The position numbers and the translations under genes were made by a program. DNA of 39,816 bases, taken from positions 1 through 39,816 of the forward strand of contig JANRJP010000103.1 in the NCBI GenBank assembly GCA_033763905.1, in the 5' to 3' direction. Positions 38,690 to 39,816 of the stretch are shown here, piece by piece. The notes under the pieces were generated by a model. It was not told the DNA's origin, did not search any database, and was given only the letters and a program-made list of their open reading frames with translations. Positions within the stretch are counted from its first letter, which is position 1, and each line of letters opens with the position of its first letter. The DNA is from Gemmatimonadaceae bacterium. Its GTDB lineage: Bacteria > Gemmatimonadota > Gemmatimonadetes > Gemmatimonadales > Gemmatimonadaceae.

Positions 38690-39816
38690 ATGTCGACAGC
38701 TCCGCTCGAGCCTGACTATCTCGTGATTGGTGCCGGCGGCACCGCGATGGCATTTGTCGATACGCTGCTCAGCGAGAGCAACGCATCGGTGGTCATCGCG
38801 GACCGCCGCCATCGCGCCGGCGGGCACTGGAACGACGCGTATCCGTTCGTGCGCCTGCACCAGCCGTCGGCGTACTACGGCGTCGCATCGCGTGAACTCA
38901 GCTCGTGGTCGACCGACGCGACTGGTCCCAACGCCGGGATGTACAGCCTGGCCACAGGGCCCGAGGTCTTGGCGCATTTCGATGCGGTGATGCACGAGCG
39001 ATTCCTGCCCTCTGGGCGCGTGACGTTCCTGCCGAATCACGACGTGTCGGCGAGTGCCGACGGTGCCCATACCGCCACCTCGCTGCTGACCGGTGCGACC
39101 GTCGAGATTCGGCCGCGCCGCAAGCTCGTGGATGCGACGCTCACGGGTACCGAGATTCCTGCGCGGCGGCCACCGCGGTATCGCGTGGCGGCAGGCGTGG
39201 ACTGCGTCTCGCCCAACCGCTTGGCCGATCCGCACCGTGCGTACGCGCGCTACACCGTCGTCGGAGCAGGCAAGACCGCCATCGATACGGTGCTCTGGTT
39301 GCTGACGCAGGGCGTTTCGGGTGATCGCATTCGGTGGATTATGCCGCGCGACGCGTGGTTGCTCGACCGGGCGAACTTCCAGCCCGGGTTCGAGAACTTC
39401 CCGACGACGAGTGGCTACCTCATCACGCAGTTCGAGGCGATCGCGGCGGCGACGTCGATGGACGGCCTGTTCGCGGATCTGGAGCAGCGTGGCGTTCTGA
39501 TGCGTCTCGATCCGGCGGTCACCCCGCAGATGTACCACTGCGCGGTCGTCTCGCGGAGCGAACTCGCGCTGTTGCGGCAGGTCGGGGATGTGGTTCGCCT
39601 GGGACGATTGCAGGCGGCGGAGCGTGATCATCTGGTGCTCGACGGCGGCACGGTGCCCGCCGACCCGGACACCCTGTACGTGGATTGCAGCGCCTGCGCG
39701 ATTCCCGCCCACGGCGCGCAGCCGGTCTTTGCGGGTGGTCGGATTGCCCTGCAGATGATTCGTGTGTGTCAGCCGCTCTTCTCGGCGGCGGTGATCGCGT
39801 GGGTCGAGTCCCACGT
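38690..39816 (+). CDS. NAD(P)/FAD-dependent oxidoreductase (3'-truncated; absent from the ORF track)
   Basis: ATG 38690 after GAGG: MSTAPLEPDYLVIGAGGTAMAF..., GGHWNDAYPFVRLHQPS, second dinucleotide motif VVGAGKT; frame is open to the window end. Confidence 0.85.
   Translation, partial: MSTAPLEPDYLVIGAGGTAMAFVDTLLSESNASVVIADRRHRAGGHWNDAYPFVRLHQPSAYYGVASRELSSWSTDATGPNAGMYSLATGPEVLAHFDAVMHERFLPSGRVTFLPNHDVSASADGAHTATSLLTGATVEIRPRRKLVDATLTGTEIPARRPPRYRVAAGVDCVSPNRLADPHRAYARYTVVGAGKTAIDTVLWLLTQGVSGDRIRWIMPRDAWLLDRANFQPGFENFPTTSGYLITQFEAIAAATSMDGLFADLEQRGVLMRLDPAVTPQMYHCAVVSRSELALLRQVGDVVRLGRLQAAERDHLVLDGGTVPADPDTLYVDCSACAIPAHGAQPVFAGGRIALQMIRVCQPLFSAAVIAWVESH

Noticed and set aside
38657..39814. 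385-aa minus-strand ORF at the window end
   Set aside because: It is antisense to the plus-strand FAD oxidoreductase, which has Rossmann motifs and an RBS.

Overview
High-GC bacterial chromosomal window with about 39 tightly packed CDS. It is most consistent with Gemmatimonadota, inferred from the style of the Hanks-kinase paralogs, a Tat-signal TldD and the gene content. I recognise no rRNA, tRNA, CRISPR array or transposase. Housekeeping and accessory content: a MarR(MhqR-like)/YceI/VOC dioxygenase detox module with a readable promoter-operator; beta-propeller and M23 lipoproteins; YhbY; a two-subunit Mo-hydroxylase; an ArgA-like GNAT; FKBP; ferredoxin; an OFA-type MFS transporter; RNase D; an NTF2-CopC-CopD copper cassette; SufT/DUF59; an ECF sigma/anti-sigma/PDZ operon; matrixin; TldD/TldE; MarR-Pal-two cation:proton antiporters; a GH13 lipoprotein; and a 3'-truncated FAD oxidoreductase. 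Three things stand out. (1) A catalytically degenerate receptor-type Ser/Thr pseudokinase (large TolB-N/TPR C-terminal region) lies 2 bp upstream of a closely related, intact kinase that has a membrane anchor but no ectodomain. (2) The next gene is a hybrid histidine kinase with an ETR1-type ethylene-binding domain that retains all seven key residues. (3) An unannotated 24-aa, 7-Cys micropeptide with a strong RBS sits at 35556-35630 (-).
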